Shown here piece by piece: positions 1 to 9,188 of a stretch of 48,532 nucleotides of DNA. Source of the stretch: Candidatus Algichlamydia australiensis (GTDB taxonomy: Bacteria; Chlamydiota; Chlamydiia; Chlamydiales; JAJFMI01); contig JAXCHI010000006.1 in assembly GCA_033977065.1 (NCBI GenBank), forward strand, positions 1 through 48,532, read 5' to 3'. Each line of letters starts with the position of its first letter. The first letter of the stretch is position 1. The position numbers were made by a program, and so were the translations under genes. A model generated the notes under the pieces. It had not been told where the DNA came from, did no database searches, and saw only the letters and a program-made list of their open reading frames with translations.

Positions 1-1
1 G

Positions 2-622
2 GAGATTGAAAGCGGGAATCTCACCTTTGTAGGAACTGATGGCAAACGCCTTGCTAAAATTTTTACCGCTGTTCCTGATGCAGGCGAATTCACGACTAAA
101 ATGATTCTCCCCCTCAAAGCTGTTGAAGAGATGAGCAAAATTCTTGACTTAGGAGATGAGGCTAAACTCACTATATTCTCTGATCGCGTTTCACTTGAAG
201 TGGGTCACGCAACTCTTATTACGAAACTCATAGCAGGCGATTTTCCAGACGTTGAGCGTGTGATCCCTGAGCAAACCCAAGCGAAAAAGGTCATTTTGCA
301 CCGCGAAGAACTGATGACACTTCTTCGCCAAACAGCCCTTTTCACCTCAGAAGAGGTCAACTCTGTGCGTTTCCACTTTTCAGATGCTGAGCTCGAACTC
401 TATGCTGCTAGCGGAGAAATTGGTGAAGGTAAGGTAAGTATGCCTGTGGACTACCACGGTGGTAAAATTGAGGTTGCCTTCAATCCTCACATTCTCCTCA
501 ATATTCTCCGTCATCTATCGGGTGAAACATTTACCTTCAGTCTAATTGACGCTTATAACCCAGGCTTATTAACAGACAAGAGTAATGCGCTTTTTGTTGT
601 AATGCCGATGAGACTCTCTTAA
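2..622 (+). CDS. dnaN: DNA polymerase III beta clamp, 5'-truncated by the window edge
   Basis: Frame is open from position 2 (EIESGNLTFVGTDGKRLAK, the TDGxRL motif). It contains GDFPD and AFNP and ends FVVMPMRLS, typical of DnaN. Confidence 0.95.
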   Translation, partial: EIESGNLTFVGTDGKRLAKIFTAVPDAGEFTTKMILPLKAVEEMSKILDLGDEAKLTIFSDRVSLEVGHATLITKLIAGDFPDVERVIPEQTQAKKVILHREELMTLLRQTALFTSEEVNSVRFHFSDAELELYAASGEIGEGKVSMPVDYHGGKIEVAFNPHILLNILRHLSGETFTFSLIDAYNPGLLTDKSNALFVVMPMRLS

Positions 623-713
623 GTCGCAATTCAGCCGGGCGTAAAAGTAGGAAGAATAGGACGCAACGACTGAAGAGAAGTTTGGCAAAGCGGGATCGAG
701 CCAAACGATTATT

Positions 714-1769
714 TTATGCTAGAGAAATACCTTCACATAAGTACACGTCTTGAATAGTATGAAGTAATTCTACTCCCTCTTTCATCGGTTTTTGAAATGC
801 TTTTCGACCGGAAATAAGGCCCATTCCACCGGCGCGCTTATTAATAACAGCCGTCGCAACAGCATCCTGTAGATCATTCTCACCCGAAGGCCCACCAGAG
901 TTAATAAGGCCCATACGTCCCATATAGCAGTTAGCGACTTGATAGCGTGTAAGATCGATCGGATGGTCGCTGCAAAGTTCTGAGTACATCGCATCAGTCT
1001 GCTTGCCAAATTTTAATGTTTTAAAGCCGCCATTATTTTCAGGAAGTTTTTGCTTGATGATATCGGCTTCAATAGTCACGCCAAGATGGTTTGCTTGACC
1101 CGTCAGGTCTGCCGCCACGTGATAGTCTTTGTGAGGAGTTTTAAAATCAGAGTTACGGAGGTAACACCAGAGAATGGTCGCCATACCAAGTTCATGCGCA
1201 GCATGGAAAGCCTCTGCAACCTCTACAATTTGGCGATCGCTCTCTTTGGATCCAAAATAGATTGTAGCTCCAACAGCGCGACACCCCATGCTATAGGCAG
1301 CGTCAATGTTTGAAAAAGGGATTTGATCGTAGGTATTAGGATAAGTGAGCAGTTCATTGTGATTGAGTTTAAGAATAAAAGGAATTTTATGTGCGTACTT
1401 CCGCGCAACCGAACCGAGCACACCAAAAGTTGTGGCAACGGCGTTGCAGCCACCTTCGATCGCAAGTTTAATGATATTTTCAGGATCAAAGTAGAGCGGG
1501 TTTGGCGCAAAGGAGGCGCCGGCTGTATGTTCGATTCCTTGGTCAACAGGAAGAATAGAGAGGTAGCCAGATCCGCCTAAGCGTCCATGTTCAAATATAC
1601 TTGAAAGGTTTTGCAGAGTACGGATATTGCGATCGGAAGGAGCGTAAATTCGGTCAATCCAATCTTTGCCAGGATGGTGAAGAAGGTCTTTTGAAATGGT
1701 CTTACAGGTGTGACCTAAAAGTTTTTCTGCCTCTTTCCCTAAAAGTTTTTCAATTTCTGCCTTTGCCAT
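714..1769 (-). CDS. fbaB: Class I fructose-bisphosphate aldolase (DhnA/FbaB type)
   Basis: Motifs [29 protein letters not shown] (Schiff-base Lys) and [10 protein letters not shown]. Confidence 0.95.
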   Translation of the reverse strand: MAKAEIEKLLGKEAEKLLGHTCKTISKDLLHHPGKDWIDRIYAPSDRNIRTLQNLSSIFEHGRLGGSGYLSILPVDQGIEHTAGASFAPNPLYFDPENIIKLAIEGGCNAVATTFGVLGSVARKYAHKIPFILKLNHNELLTYPNTYDQIPFSNIDAAYSMGCRAVGATIYFGSKESDRQIVEVAEAFHAAHELGMATILWCYLRNSDFKTPHKDYHVAADLTGQANHLGVTIEADIIKQKLPENNGGFKTLKFGKQTDAMYSELCSDHPIDLTRYQVANCYMGRMGLINSGGPSGENDLQDAVATAVINKRAGGMGLISGRKAFQKPMKEGVELLHTIQDVYLCEGISLA

Positions 1770-3078
1770 ACTCTGCCTCTATCTCTTCTAATGTTTTACC
1801 TTTTGTCTCCGGCACGAAGCGGTAGACAAAGAAAATTCCTATAATTGTGACGATACCATAAAGCAGAAATGTTCCCGACAAAGAAATTGCTTCGATCATG
1901 TGTAAAAAACTTGACGAGACAAAAAGGTTAGCAATCCAACTTGTAGCAAGAGATAGAGACATTGCCCGTCCACGGATGCGCAAAGGAAACACCTCAGAGA
2001 TGATGACCCAGGCAACGGGCCCGATCCCAATCGAAAAAAAAGCCACGTACAAAATCAAGTTTACTGCAGTAAGAAGAGGCATTGTTTGCGCGTTTACAAA
2101 GAGGCTTACAGCTAAGGTAATGAGCGTAGAACACATTCCAGTAAGACCAATGTAAAGAAGCGGCTTTCTTCCCCACTTATCGAGAAAAAAGAGCGCAATC
2201 AGAGTAGCAAGAAGATTTGCTATACCAATGCCAAGTGCAGCGGCCATAGCATCAGATCCGTTGGGAAAACCCGAAATTTGGAAGAGATGAGGAGCATAGT
2301 GGATCACAGTATTAATACCTGTGAACTGAACGAGCAGTGCCATACCTACACCTGCAGTCAAGGCTAGCAAGAGTGGTTTTTGAAAAAGATCTTTCCAGCA
2401 TACTCCTCCGCTTTCTGAAAGAGCCTGTCGGATCTCTTTTTCAATTTTTTCATGCTCCTCTTCACGTCCTAAACTCTTGAGGGCACGTTTTGCTCCGCGT
2501 CCTTTTGCCAAAAGAAAACTTGGGGAATCAGGACAAGCGAGCAGAGCGATAAACTGGATGAGGGCTGGAATCGATGTAAGTCCAAAAACCACACGCCAAC
2601 CTGCACTTTCTGCGAAAAAATAACTACTAAGGTAACCGTTAAGAATACCGATTGTTATGGCTACCTGGAAAAATGCGACATACGCTCCACGATTTTTTCC
2701 AGGCACAACCTCTGCAATGTAGAGCGGTCCATTTAGAGAAGCGAGCCCCATTCCTACACCTACAATCACTCGTCCCATTAGAAGTCCTAAAAGAGAGGAA
2801 GCAAATAGAAGAAAAATCCCACCAAATAGGATAAAAAAAGCCCCAATTAGCATCGTTTTGCGCCTTCCAATACGATCTGCTAACTGTCCGCCAAGAAGTA
2901 CACCCGCAAAAGCCCCAAAAATTGCAGAGGATACAGTTAGAGATTGCGCACCTAGGGTAAGGGGGATCTCCTCACGTATAAAGAGAAGCGCTCCGGCAAC
3001 CACGGATGTGTTGTAGCCGAAGAGAAAACCTCCAATAGCCGCAACAATAACAATAAAGGTAAGATGGATCTTCTGCAT
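1750..3078 (-). CDS. MFS sugar porter (GalP/XylE-like sugar:H+ symporter)
   Basis: About 12 hydrophobic segments with GGFLFGY, DRIGRR, QFTGIN, SEVFP and PETKG sugar-porter signatures. Overlaps the fbaB start by 20 nt. Confidence 0.9.
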   Translation of the reverse strand: MQKIHLTFIVIVAAIGGFLFGYNTSVVAGALLFIREEIPLTLGAQSLTVSSAIFGAFAGVLLGGQLADRIGRRKTMLIGAFFILFGGIFLLFASSLLGLLMGRVIVGVGMGLASLNGPLYIAEVVPGKNRGAYVAFFQVAITIGILNGYLSSYFFAESAGWRVVFGLTSIPALIQFIALLACPDSPSFLLAKGRGAKRALKSLGREEEHEKIEKEIRQALSESGGVCWKDLFQKPLLLALTAGVGMALLVQFTGINTVIHYAPHLFQISGFPNGSDAMAAALGIGIANLLATLIALFFLDKWGRKPLLYIGLTGMCSTLITLAVSLFVNAQTMPLLTAVNLILYVAFFSIGIGPVAWVIISEVFPLRIRGRAMSLSLATSWIANLFVSSSFLHMIEAISLSGTFLLYGIVTIIGIFFVYRFVPETKGKTLEEIEAEYGKGRN

Positions 3079-3127
3079 TCTTCGCCTAAAATTTCTACAG
3101 CTCTTTCTTAATTTGCTTGCCCTTATT

Positions 3128-3292
3128 TAGATAGCGTCGTCAAAAGCATACAACCATCTTATTTTTCATGTTTGGGCTCCATTTTTGTGCTCAAATGAAG
3201 CGGAATTTACAAATTCAGCTTCAATTTCCGCACAAAAATAAGCTGCAAACATGAAAAATAATCTGATTATAGCCTTTTGACGACACTATCTA
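3128..3292. mobile_element. Fold-back MITE-like element, family A, copy 1 (161 bp plus flanking TA on each side)
   Basis: Terminal inverted repeats TAGATAGcGTCGTCAAAAG...CTTTTGACGACaCTATCTA with nested internal inverted arms. Reverse complement of 29821-29985. Confidence 0.85.
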
Positions 3293-3310
3293 AAAACTCA
3301 CCAAATCACC

Positions 3311-3340
3311 TTAACGAAAAAATAACAAAGCTGTTACAAT
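3311..3340 (+). promoter_or_regulatory. Putative sigma66/sigma70 promoter of oppB (likely leaderless)
   Basis: TTAACG (3311-3316), 18-nt spacer, TGn-TACAAT (3335-3340), then ATG 6 nt downstream. Confidence 0.5.
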
Positions 3341-3346
3341 GGGCTC

Positions 3347-4282
3347 ATGCTACGTTTTGTGCTGCGCAAAATTTCTAATATCTTCTTTTCCCTCTTCTGT
3401 GTGGCTACCATCACGTTTATTTTAATGAAGGTCATCCCTGGTGATCCCTTAATGAAAGAGCAAGCTGTTCCAGAAGAGATTATGAAACAGCTCTATGCCC
3501 ACTACGGACTAGATCAACCTCTTTATATTCAATACGGAAAATATTTGAAAGGTGTAGCTACATTTAACTTAGGTCCCTCTTTCACTAACGAAGGTCAAAC
3601 GACTGGCTCAATTATTAAACAAGCCCTCCCCTACTCATTCGCCTTAGGTATCCAAGCCCTTATTCTCTCGATCACTTGCGGCATTACTCTCGGAAGCTTG
3701 GCTGCCTGCTATCAGGGAAAATGGGTGGATCGCCTAACAATGGTGATTGCCGCTCTCGGGATCTCGATTCCCAACTATCTAATTGGAGCTCTAATCCAAT
3801 ACCTCTTTGCAATTAAACTGGGATGGCTCCCAGTTGCGCGAATGAGCAGCTTTGCTCACACAATTATGCCCACATTAAGTCTTGCTGCACTTCCGACAGC
3901 CTACATCGCTCGATTAACACGTGCGCAGATGATCGAAGTACTTTCACAAGATTACGTGATGACTGCCTATGCCAAAGGACTCTCAAAAGCGCGCGTCATT
4001 TTTCGCCATGTCTTAAAAAACAGTCTTACTCCTGTTGTTACCTATTTGGGCCAGCTAATGTCTCTTCTTTTGACAGGAAACTTTGTCATCGAAAGAATTT
4101 TTGGAATTCCAGGCTTAGGTGGCTGGTTTGTAAAGAGCGTAATTAACCGCGACTACACGGTAATTATGGGGATTACGATTTTTTACAGCGCAGTTCTAAT
4201 GGGGTTTATTTTTTTAACAGAGATTCTCTATCTCTATCTCGATCCAAAAGTGCGTGCTGAGAGGTTGTATGCGCATAAATAG
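3347..4282 (+). CDS. oppB: Oligopeptide ABC transporter permease OppB
   Basis: IPGDP, YGLDQPLYIQY, EAA-like loop DYVMTAYAKGL, IERIFGIPGLG, RDY. Confidence 0.9.
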   Translation: MLRFVLRKISNIFFSLFCVATITFILMKVIPGDPLMKEQAVPEEIMKQLYAHYGLDQPLYIQYGKYLKGVATFNLGPSFTNEGQTTGSIIKQALPYSFALGIQALILSITCGITLGSLAACYQGKWVDRLTMVIAALGISIPNYLIGALIQYLFAIKLGWLPVARMSSFAHTIMPTLSLAALPTAYIARLTRAQMIEVLSQDYVMTAYAKGLSKARVIFRHVLKNSLTPVVTYLGQLMSLLLTGNFVIERIFGIPGLGGWFVKSVINRDYTVIMGITIFYSAVLMGFIFLTEILYLYLDPKVRAERLYAHK

Positions 4283-5087
4283 ATCTCACTCTTTTGCTCT
4301 TACAGGTTTGATAATCCTCTTTTTTTTAATTCTCTTTGCGATAGTTGCTCCTCTTTTTTCTCCGTATACTTATCACGAAATTCATCTCGCTCAAAAGAAT
4401 ATGGCTCCTTGCAGCGCCCACTGGTTCGGTACAGATGAGTTAGGCAGGGACCTTCTTACGCGCCTCGCCTTTGGAGCACGGATCTCTCTTTTTGTTGGAG
4501 TTACAGCAGCACTCCTTGATATGATTTTTGGAGTAACATATGGCGCCATTGCCGCATTTTCACCAAGGAGAGTTGATGAAGCCATGATGCGGGCAGCAGA
4601 TATTATTTTCTGTATTCCCCACGTTCTTACTACTATTTTGCTTCTAGTTGTTCTTGGCGCAGGTCTTGGAACAGTTATTGTAGCCCTTACCGTAACTGGC
4701 TGGATCAGCATGGCTCGCATTGTGCGAGGAGAAATTTTACAAATCAAGCAGCGCGACTACGTTCTCATTGCAAAGGCGCAGGGCGCCTCTGCTACAAGGA
4801 TTCTTTTCCGCCACTTGATTCCAGGAGCTACAGGAACAATTTTAACAACGGTAATGCTCACAATCCCAACTGCAATATTTATGGAGGCTTTTTTAAGTTT
4901 TTTAGGACTTGGAATCCAAGCACCCATTGCAAGCTGGGGTACAATGGCTTGTGATGGCCTCACCGCCATGCGCTATTTTCCCTGGCGCCTCTTTTTTCCA
5001 GCAGGCTTTATTTCTCTCACTATGCTAGCCTTTAATATGGTCGGTGATGGTTTGCGTGATATTTTTGACCCGAGGTATCAAAGATGA
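4269..5087 (+). CDS. oppC: Oligopeptide ABC transporter permease OppC
   Basis: HWFGTDELGRD, EAFLSFLGLG, SWG, GDGLRDIFDPR. ATG at 4269 preferred over the GTG at 4254. Confidence 0.9.
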   Translation: MRINRSHSFALTGLIILFFLILFAIVAPLFSPYTYHEIHLAQKNMAPCSAHWFGTDELGRDLLTRLAFGARISLFVGVTAALLDMIFGVTYGAIAAFSPRRVDEAMMRAADIIFCIPHVLTTILLLVVLGAGLGTVIVALTVTGWISMARIVRGEILQIKQRDYVLIAKAQGASATRILFRHLIPGATGTILTTVMLTIPTAIFMEAFLSFLGLGIQAPIASWGTMACDGLTAMRYFPWRLFFPAGFISLTMLAFNMVGDGLRDIFDPRYQR

Positions 5088-6040
5088 GTTTGGATCTAAG
5101 CCAAGTATCTGTTACGTTTCTACAAGGTAAGCAAAAAATATCTGCTGTACGCGGCGTCTCTCTATCTCTAAAAAAAAGAGAGCGCATCGCACTAGTTGGA
5201 GAGTCAGGATCGGGAAAAAGCGCGCTTGCAAAAACAGCTCTGAAGCTACACTACCGTCATAACACAAACATTACAGGTGAGATCACCCTTGATGGAAAGC
5301 CCATCTTAGAAACTGATCGCGGGAAAAAAATTGGCTTTGTGTTTCAAGATCCGATCAATGCTCTTAATCCTACGATGAAAATAGGAAAGCAGATCGCAGA
5401 ATGCCTTCCTAAATCGCGAAGAGATGAAGTCGTTAAACTTTTGCAAGAGGTAAAAATTTCAAGACCTGAAGAGCGAGTGCGTCAGTATCCCCATGAACTT
5501 TCTGGCGGAATGTGCCAACGAGTTATGCTCGCTATTGCTTTGGCTTCAGAACCCGACTATCTTATTATGGATGAACCGACAACTGCTCTTGATAGTCAAA
5601 CACAAAAAGATGTTTTAGATTTGGTTCTGCAAATACAAGAGGAGCGAGGTATGGGGATTCTGCTCATCACTCACGACTTAAATCTCGCAGCAACCTATAC
5701 AGAAGAGATTTTAGTGATGTACGCGGGGAAAATCGTAGAGCGTGGACCCGCAAAAACGATTCTTTCCCACCCAAAACATCCGTACACTATCTCTTTAATC
5801 GGATCCATTCCAAAAAAAGGTCAAAAGCTCACTCCTATCCCCGGAGAACCTCCAGACCCTCGCTATCTACCGCAAGGCTGTGCTTTTCACCCGCGCTGCC
5901 CCAAGGCCGCCCCAACTTGTAAATTAAAGGAGCCACCAGCTCATGGAAAAAAACAACTCATCGCCTGCTACTTCCCTGATCACGATAAAAAACCTTTGCA
6001 AGAGCTACAAGAGCAAGAAGTCCCAGCACTTCGTACTTAA
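5084..6040 (+). CDS. oppD: Oligopeptide ABC transporter ATPase OppD
   Basis: Walker A GESGSGKS, YPHELSGGMCQR, DEPTTALD, C-terminal GCAFHPRC...AC domain. Confidence 0.9.
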   Translation: MSLDLSQVSVTFLQGKQKISAVRGVSLSLKKRERIALVGESGSGKSALAKTALKLHYRHNTNITGEITLDGKPILETDRGKKIGFVFQDPINALNPTMKIGKQIAECLPKSRRDEVVKLLQEVKISRPEERVRQYPHELSGGMCQRVMLAIALASEPDYLIMDEPTTALDSQTQKDVLDLVLQIQEERGMGILLITHDLNLAATYTEEILVMYAGKIVERGPAKTILSHPKHPYTISLIGSIPKKGQKLTPIPGEPPDPRYLPQGCAFHPRCPKAAPTCKLKEPPAHGKKQLIACYFPDHDKKPLQELQEQEVPALRT

Positions 6041-6623
6041 AAACTTTTCTTTAGATATTTTTTCGGGAGAAACACTTGGGATCGTAGGGCGCAGCGGCTG
6101 CGGTAAATCAACACTTGCTCGTATACTTCTCGGTATAGAAGCAAAAGACTCAGGAGAAATTATTTACAACTTTCCTGGTAACCCGGCGCGTGAAATTCAG
6201 ATGGTTTTGCAAGATCCTGCAAGCTCTCTAAACCCGCGCATGCGTGTAAGAGAGCTACTAAAAGAGCCTCTTATTATCCATAAAGAAAAAAATGGTGCCC
6301 CTGAAGAGATTTTAAAAATGGTCGGATTGAAATCCCACCACCTTGATCGCTATCCACATCAGTTTAGTGGTGGCCAAAAGCAACGTATTGCAATTGCACG
6401 CGCGCTGATTTTAAAGCCACGTCTTGTCATCTTAGATGAAGCTCTTGCTTCATTAGACGTTTCCATACAGGCGCAAATTGTCAATCTTCTGCAAGATTTA
6501 CAAAAAGAGTTTCGCCTCACCTATCTCTTTATTTCACACGACCCCATTATGGTCGATTATTTTACAGATCGAGTTGTTCTGATGGAAGCGAATTCACAAG
6601 TACCAGGCAAGGTGCTGACTTAA
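5943..6623 (+). CDS. oppF: Oligopeptide ABC transporter ATPase OppF (short form)
   Basis: GRSGCGKST, YPHQFSGGQKQR, DEALASLDVSIQAQI, FISHD. Lacks the C-terminal cysteine domain. Confidence 0.85.
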   Translation: MEKNNSSPATSLITIKNLCKSYKSKKSQHFVLKNFSLDIFSGETLGIVGRSGCGKSTLARILLGIEAKDSGEIIYNFPGNPAREIQMVLQDPASSLNPRMRVRELLKEPLIIHKEKNGAPEEILKMVGLKSHHLDRYPHQFSGGQKQRIAIARALILKPRLVILDEALASLDVSIQAQIVNLLQDLQKEFRLTYLFISHDPIMVDYFTDRVVLMEANSQVPGKVLT

Positions 6624-6640
6624 TCATTTCCTCGCACGTA

Positions 6641-6800
6641 GAACCTATCCAACTAAAGCTGCTTTTGAAATTTTTTCTCAGTTTTGAGAAGGATTTTGGG
6701 ATCTTTTTGAAAACAACTTAATTAAGTTGTTTGAAAAAATAGCTCAAAATCCAGCCAAAAATGTAGAAAAAGGCAAAAGCATGTTCAGTTGGATAGGTTC
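6641..6800. mobile_element. Fold-back MITE-like element, family B (160 bp)
   Basis: 14-bp perfect terminal inverted repeats GAACCTATCCAACT/AGTTGGATAGGTTC, nested arms, a central palindrome AAACAACTTAATTAAGTTGTTT, and GTA directly on both sides (6638-6640, 6801-6803). Confidence 0.75.
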
Positions 6801-7006
6801 GTAATACCAAAACCACTTCCATAGTGGTAGGTCTCTGCGCTTGCTCCAATCATAAACAAGTCAACAACATTCGCGAATAAAAGGCCCCGATCAAAATAAT
6901 CAAAATTTGCGTGCTAAGAGTCAATCCTATCAGTCAACAGCAGAGAGATCGCGCACACCAAGCACACACTTCATCTCCCCCTTTTCAATATGGGTAACAG
7001 TTGTTT

Positions 7007-7052
7007 TAGATAGCGTCGTCAAAAGCATACAACCATCTTATTTTTCATGTTT
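7007..7052 (+). repeat. Truncated family A element (first 46 bp)
   Basis: TAGATAGCGTCGTCAAAAGCATACAACCATCTTATTTTTCATGTTT is identical to the start of 3128-3292. Confidence 0.9.
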
Positions 7053-7108
7053 TCATCCTATTCAGTTTTTAGGTTGAATCCAAATAGTTTTTTGATAAAC
7101 TGAGAAGA

Positions 7109-8164
7109 ATGAAAAAATTGCTCCTTACATTACTCATATCAGTCTCGGGCTACACTTACATCATGCCGGAGACAACCGAAGAAGATAAAAAATCTCCTCA
7201 GCAAGGCGATTTCGATTACGATCTCTACTCCCGAGATCAGCGCGCCTATTTTGTCGATGCTGAATTCCTCTACTGGACCGTTTTGGAAGGAAACTTAGAT
7301 TACTCTCTGCGCATGACAAAAGCAGACTGGGGCCCCTCTGCAGCCCTTGCACAAGGTGACTACCAGTGTGGACAATTTGATTGGAAACCGGGCTTTCGCG
7401 TGGGTCTTGGCTACTTTAACGCCCCTAAATTTTGGGCCTCATGGGCCAATTATACCTGGATTCATATTCGAGGAGATGACAGCGCTCACGATCCAGAAAA
7501 AGCGGAGAAATTTTTAATCGCTACCTTCCCTCAAGTTTTTTCCTCCCCACTTGATAAAGCGACAAGCGAAATCATGCTGCACTACAATATGGTTGACTGG
7601 CTCTTTGCTCGAATTTTTAACCCCAATCCTCACCTCCGTTTACGCCTTTTTGGTGGTTTAACATTTAGTTGGATGGATCAAGAGTGGAAAGTGCGCTACT
7701 TTGGCTTTAATGACGAGTTAACCTTTGTAAAGAATACATGGAAATTTATGGGCGGCGGACCGCGCCTTGGCTTTGGCATGGACTGGTACTGGTTTCAACA
7801 CTTCTACTTTTCAACGCGCACCTCATTTGCCATGGCAGTTGGACGCTATAAAAACAACGCCTTTCTGCAAACAAACATTGCACTTGCTCCTGGAGACAAC
7901 CCCAGCATCCCACTACAAGATAGCAACTACAAAGACTGGCGCTCCGCCATAAGCTTTAATTTTGCACTTGGCCCCTCTTGGCAAAAAAGTTTTACTAAGG
8001 GACGCGCAGAGATCTTTGCAGGGTATGAGCTCACCAACTGGTTTAACATCCAAGAAGTCTATCGCTCAACAGCAAGCGGACCAGGACTGCCCAAAGAGAC
8101 ACGCCAAGAAAATGGCCTGCTTACCCTGCACGGCTTCACCCTGCGCTTCACAGTTGATTTTTGA
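7109..8164 (+). CDS. MOMP-like (Legionella Lpg1974-type) outer-membrane beta-barrel porin
   Basis: N-terminal signal peptide, AEFLYW and WKPGFRVGLGY, aromatic-rich amphipathic strands, and the C-terminal BAM signal GFTLRFTVDF. Confidence 0.75.
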   Translation: MKKLLLTLLISVSGYTYIMPETTEEDKKSPQQGDFDYDLYSRDQRAYFVDAEFLYWTVLEGNLDYSLRMTKADWGPSAALAQGDYQCGQFDWKPGFRVGLGYFNAPKFWASWANYTWIHIRGDDSAHDPEKAEKFLIATFPQVFSSPLDKATSEIMLHYNMVDWLFARIFNPNPHLRLRLFGGLTFSWMDQEWKVRYFGFNDELTFVKNTWKFMGGGPRLGFGMDWYWFQHFYFSTRTSFAMAVGRYKNNAFLQTNIALAPGDNPSIPLQDSNYKDWRSAISFNFALGPSWQKSFTKGRAEIFAGYELTNWFNIQEVYRSTASGPGLPKETRQENGLLTLHGFTLRFTVDF

Positions 8165-8233
8165 TGAAATCGCGCTTGCCAAAAAATTGCACTAATAACT
8201 AAAACCAAATTGTCATAAACTCGGAAAAGTAGA

Positions 8234-8494
8234 ATGAATAAATGTGTAATTGATTATATTAATAGCTTAGGTTCGTTTAAGTTAGAGCTTAATTTTCATG
8301 ATGGTAAAGTACATACTATTGATTTTTCCGAAGTAGAATTAGAACAATGGCAGAAAGCTCTGGAAAATCTTGAGTATTTTAATCAAGTTTCGATCGACGA
8401 ATCTGGTTATTTAGAGTGGCCAAATGGAGAAGACTTTCCCGCAGAACATCTCTATTTATGGGAAGAGTACAAAGATACATACAAAAAAAGGTAG
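8234..8494 (+). CDS. DUF2442-family protein (putative antitoxin-like, no partner seen)
   Basis: LELNFHDG...IDF...YFNQV...LEWPNGEDFPAEHLY pattern; low GC. Confidence 0.75.
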   Translation: MNKCVIDYINSLGSFKLELNFHDGKVHTIDFSEVELEQWQKALENLEYFNQVSIDESGYLEWPNGEDFPAEHLYLWEEYKDTYKKR

Positions 8495-8525
8495 TGCGCA
8501 AACAAAAAACCGCTATACTTGCTTT

Positions 8526-9188
8526 ATGATTTCTTATCTTAAAAACGAATTCTTAGAAAATGCTGCTGAAGAAGAGCGCAGTGGAATGGAAGCTTATTTG
8601 AAAAATCACTTTCCTTTTTACGGGATCAAAAAACCACTCCGAGCTATCCTTATGAAGGAGACTTGCAGAAAATTTCCAATAAAAACCCAAACCGATCTAT
8701 TCAAGATCATCAAGACGCTATGGGGCGAAAAAAAGCGTGAACTTCACTACGCTGCAATCGATATTGCCGATCATAACCATAAACTTTTTGACCAAAATGC
8801 TTTGGGGATTTTTGAAGAGTTACTGCGAAAAAACTCTTGGTGGGATACTGTTGATCGTATCTCCTCAACTCACATCGGCCCTCTTTCATTGAAGTTTCCT
8901 AAATTGAATTGCGAAATTGACCGTTGGATCTTAGACAAAAATATGTGGATCAGACGATCTGCCATTATTTATCAGCTAAAGCATAAGGAGAAAACAGATG
9001 AGCAGCGCCTCTTCTCCCATTGCAAAAGTTGTATGCACGAACAGGAATTCTTTATCCGTAAAGCAATTGGGTGGGCATTGCGACAATACTCAAAAACTAA
9101 TCCTGAGTCAGTAAAAAAATTCATCCATAAATTTCGAGAAAAACTCTCACCACTCTCTTTAAAAGAGGCTTCAAAATATTTAGTTTAA
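8526..9188 (+). CDS. alkD: DNA alkylation repair glycosylase, AlkD family
   Basis: SWWDTVD, NMWIRRSAII, EFFIRKAIGWALRQYSK. ATG 8526 chosen because the upstream extension overlaps the DUF2442 gene. Confidence 0.85.
   Translation: MISYLKNEFLENAAEEERSGMEAYLKNHFPFYGIKKPLRAILMKETCRKFPIKTQTDLFKIIKTLWGEKKRELHYAAIDIADHNHKLFDQNALGIFEELLRKNSWWDTVDRISSTHIGPLSLKFPKLNCEIDRWILDKNMWIRRSAIIYQLKHKEKTDEQRLFSHCKSCMHEQEFFIRKAIGWALRQYSKTNPESVKKFIHKFREKLSPLSLKEASKYLV

Noticed and set aside
3128..3292. Rickettsia-palindromic-element-style in-frame peptide insertion
   Set aside because: The net insertion is 163 bp, not a multiple of 3, and the frame used by the host ORF stops inside the element, so it replaces a C-terminus instead of inserting in frame.
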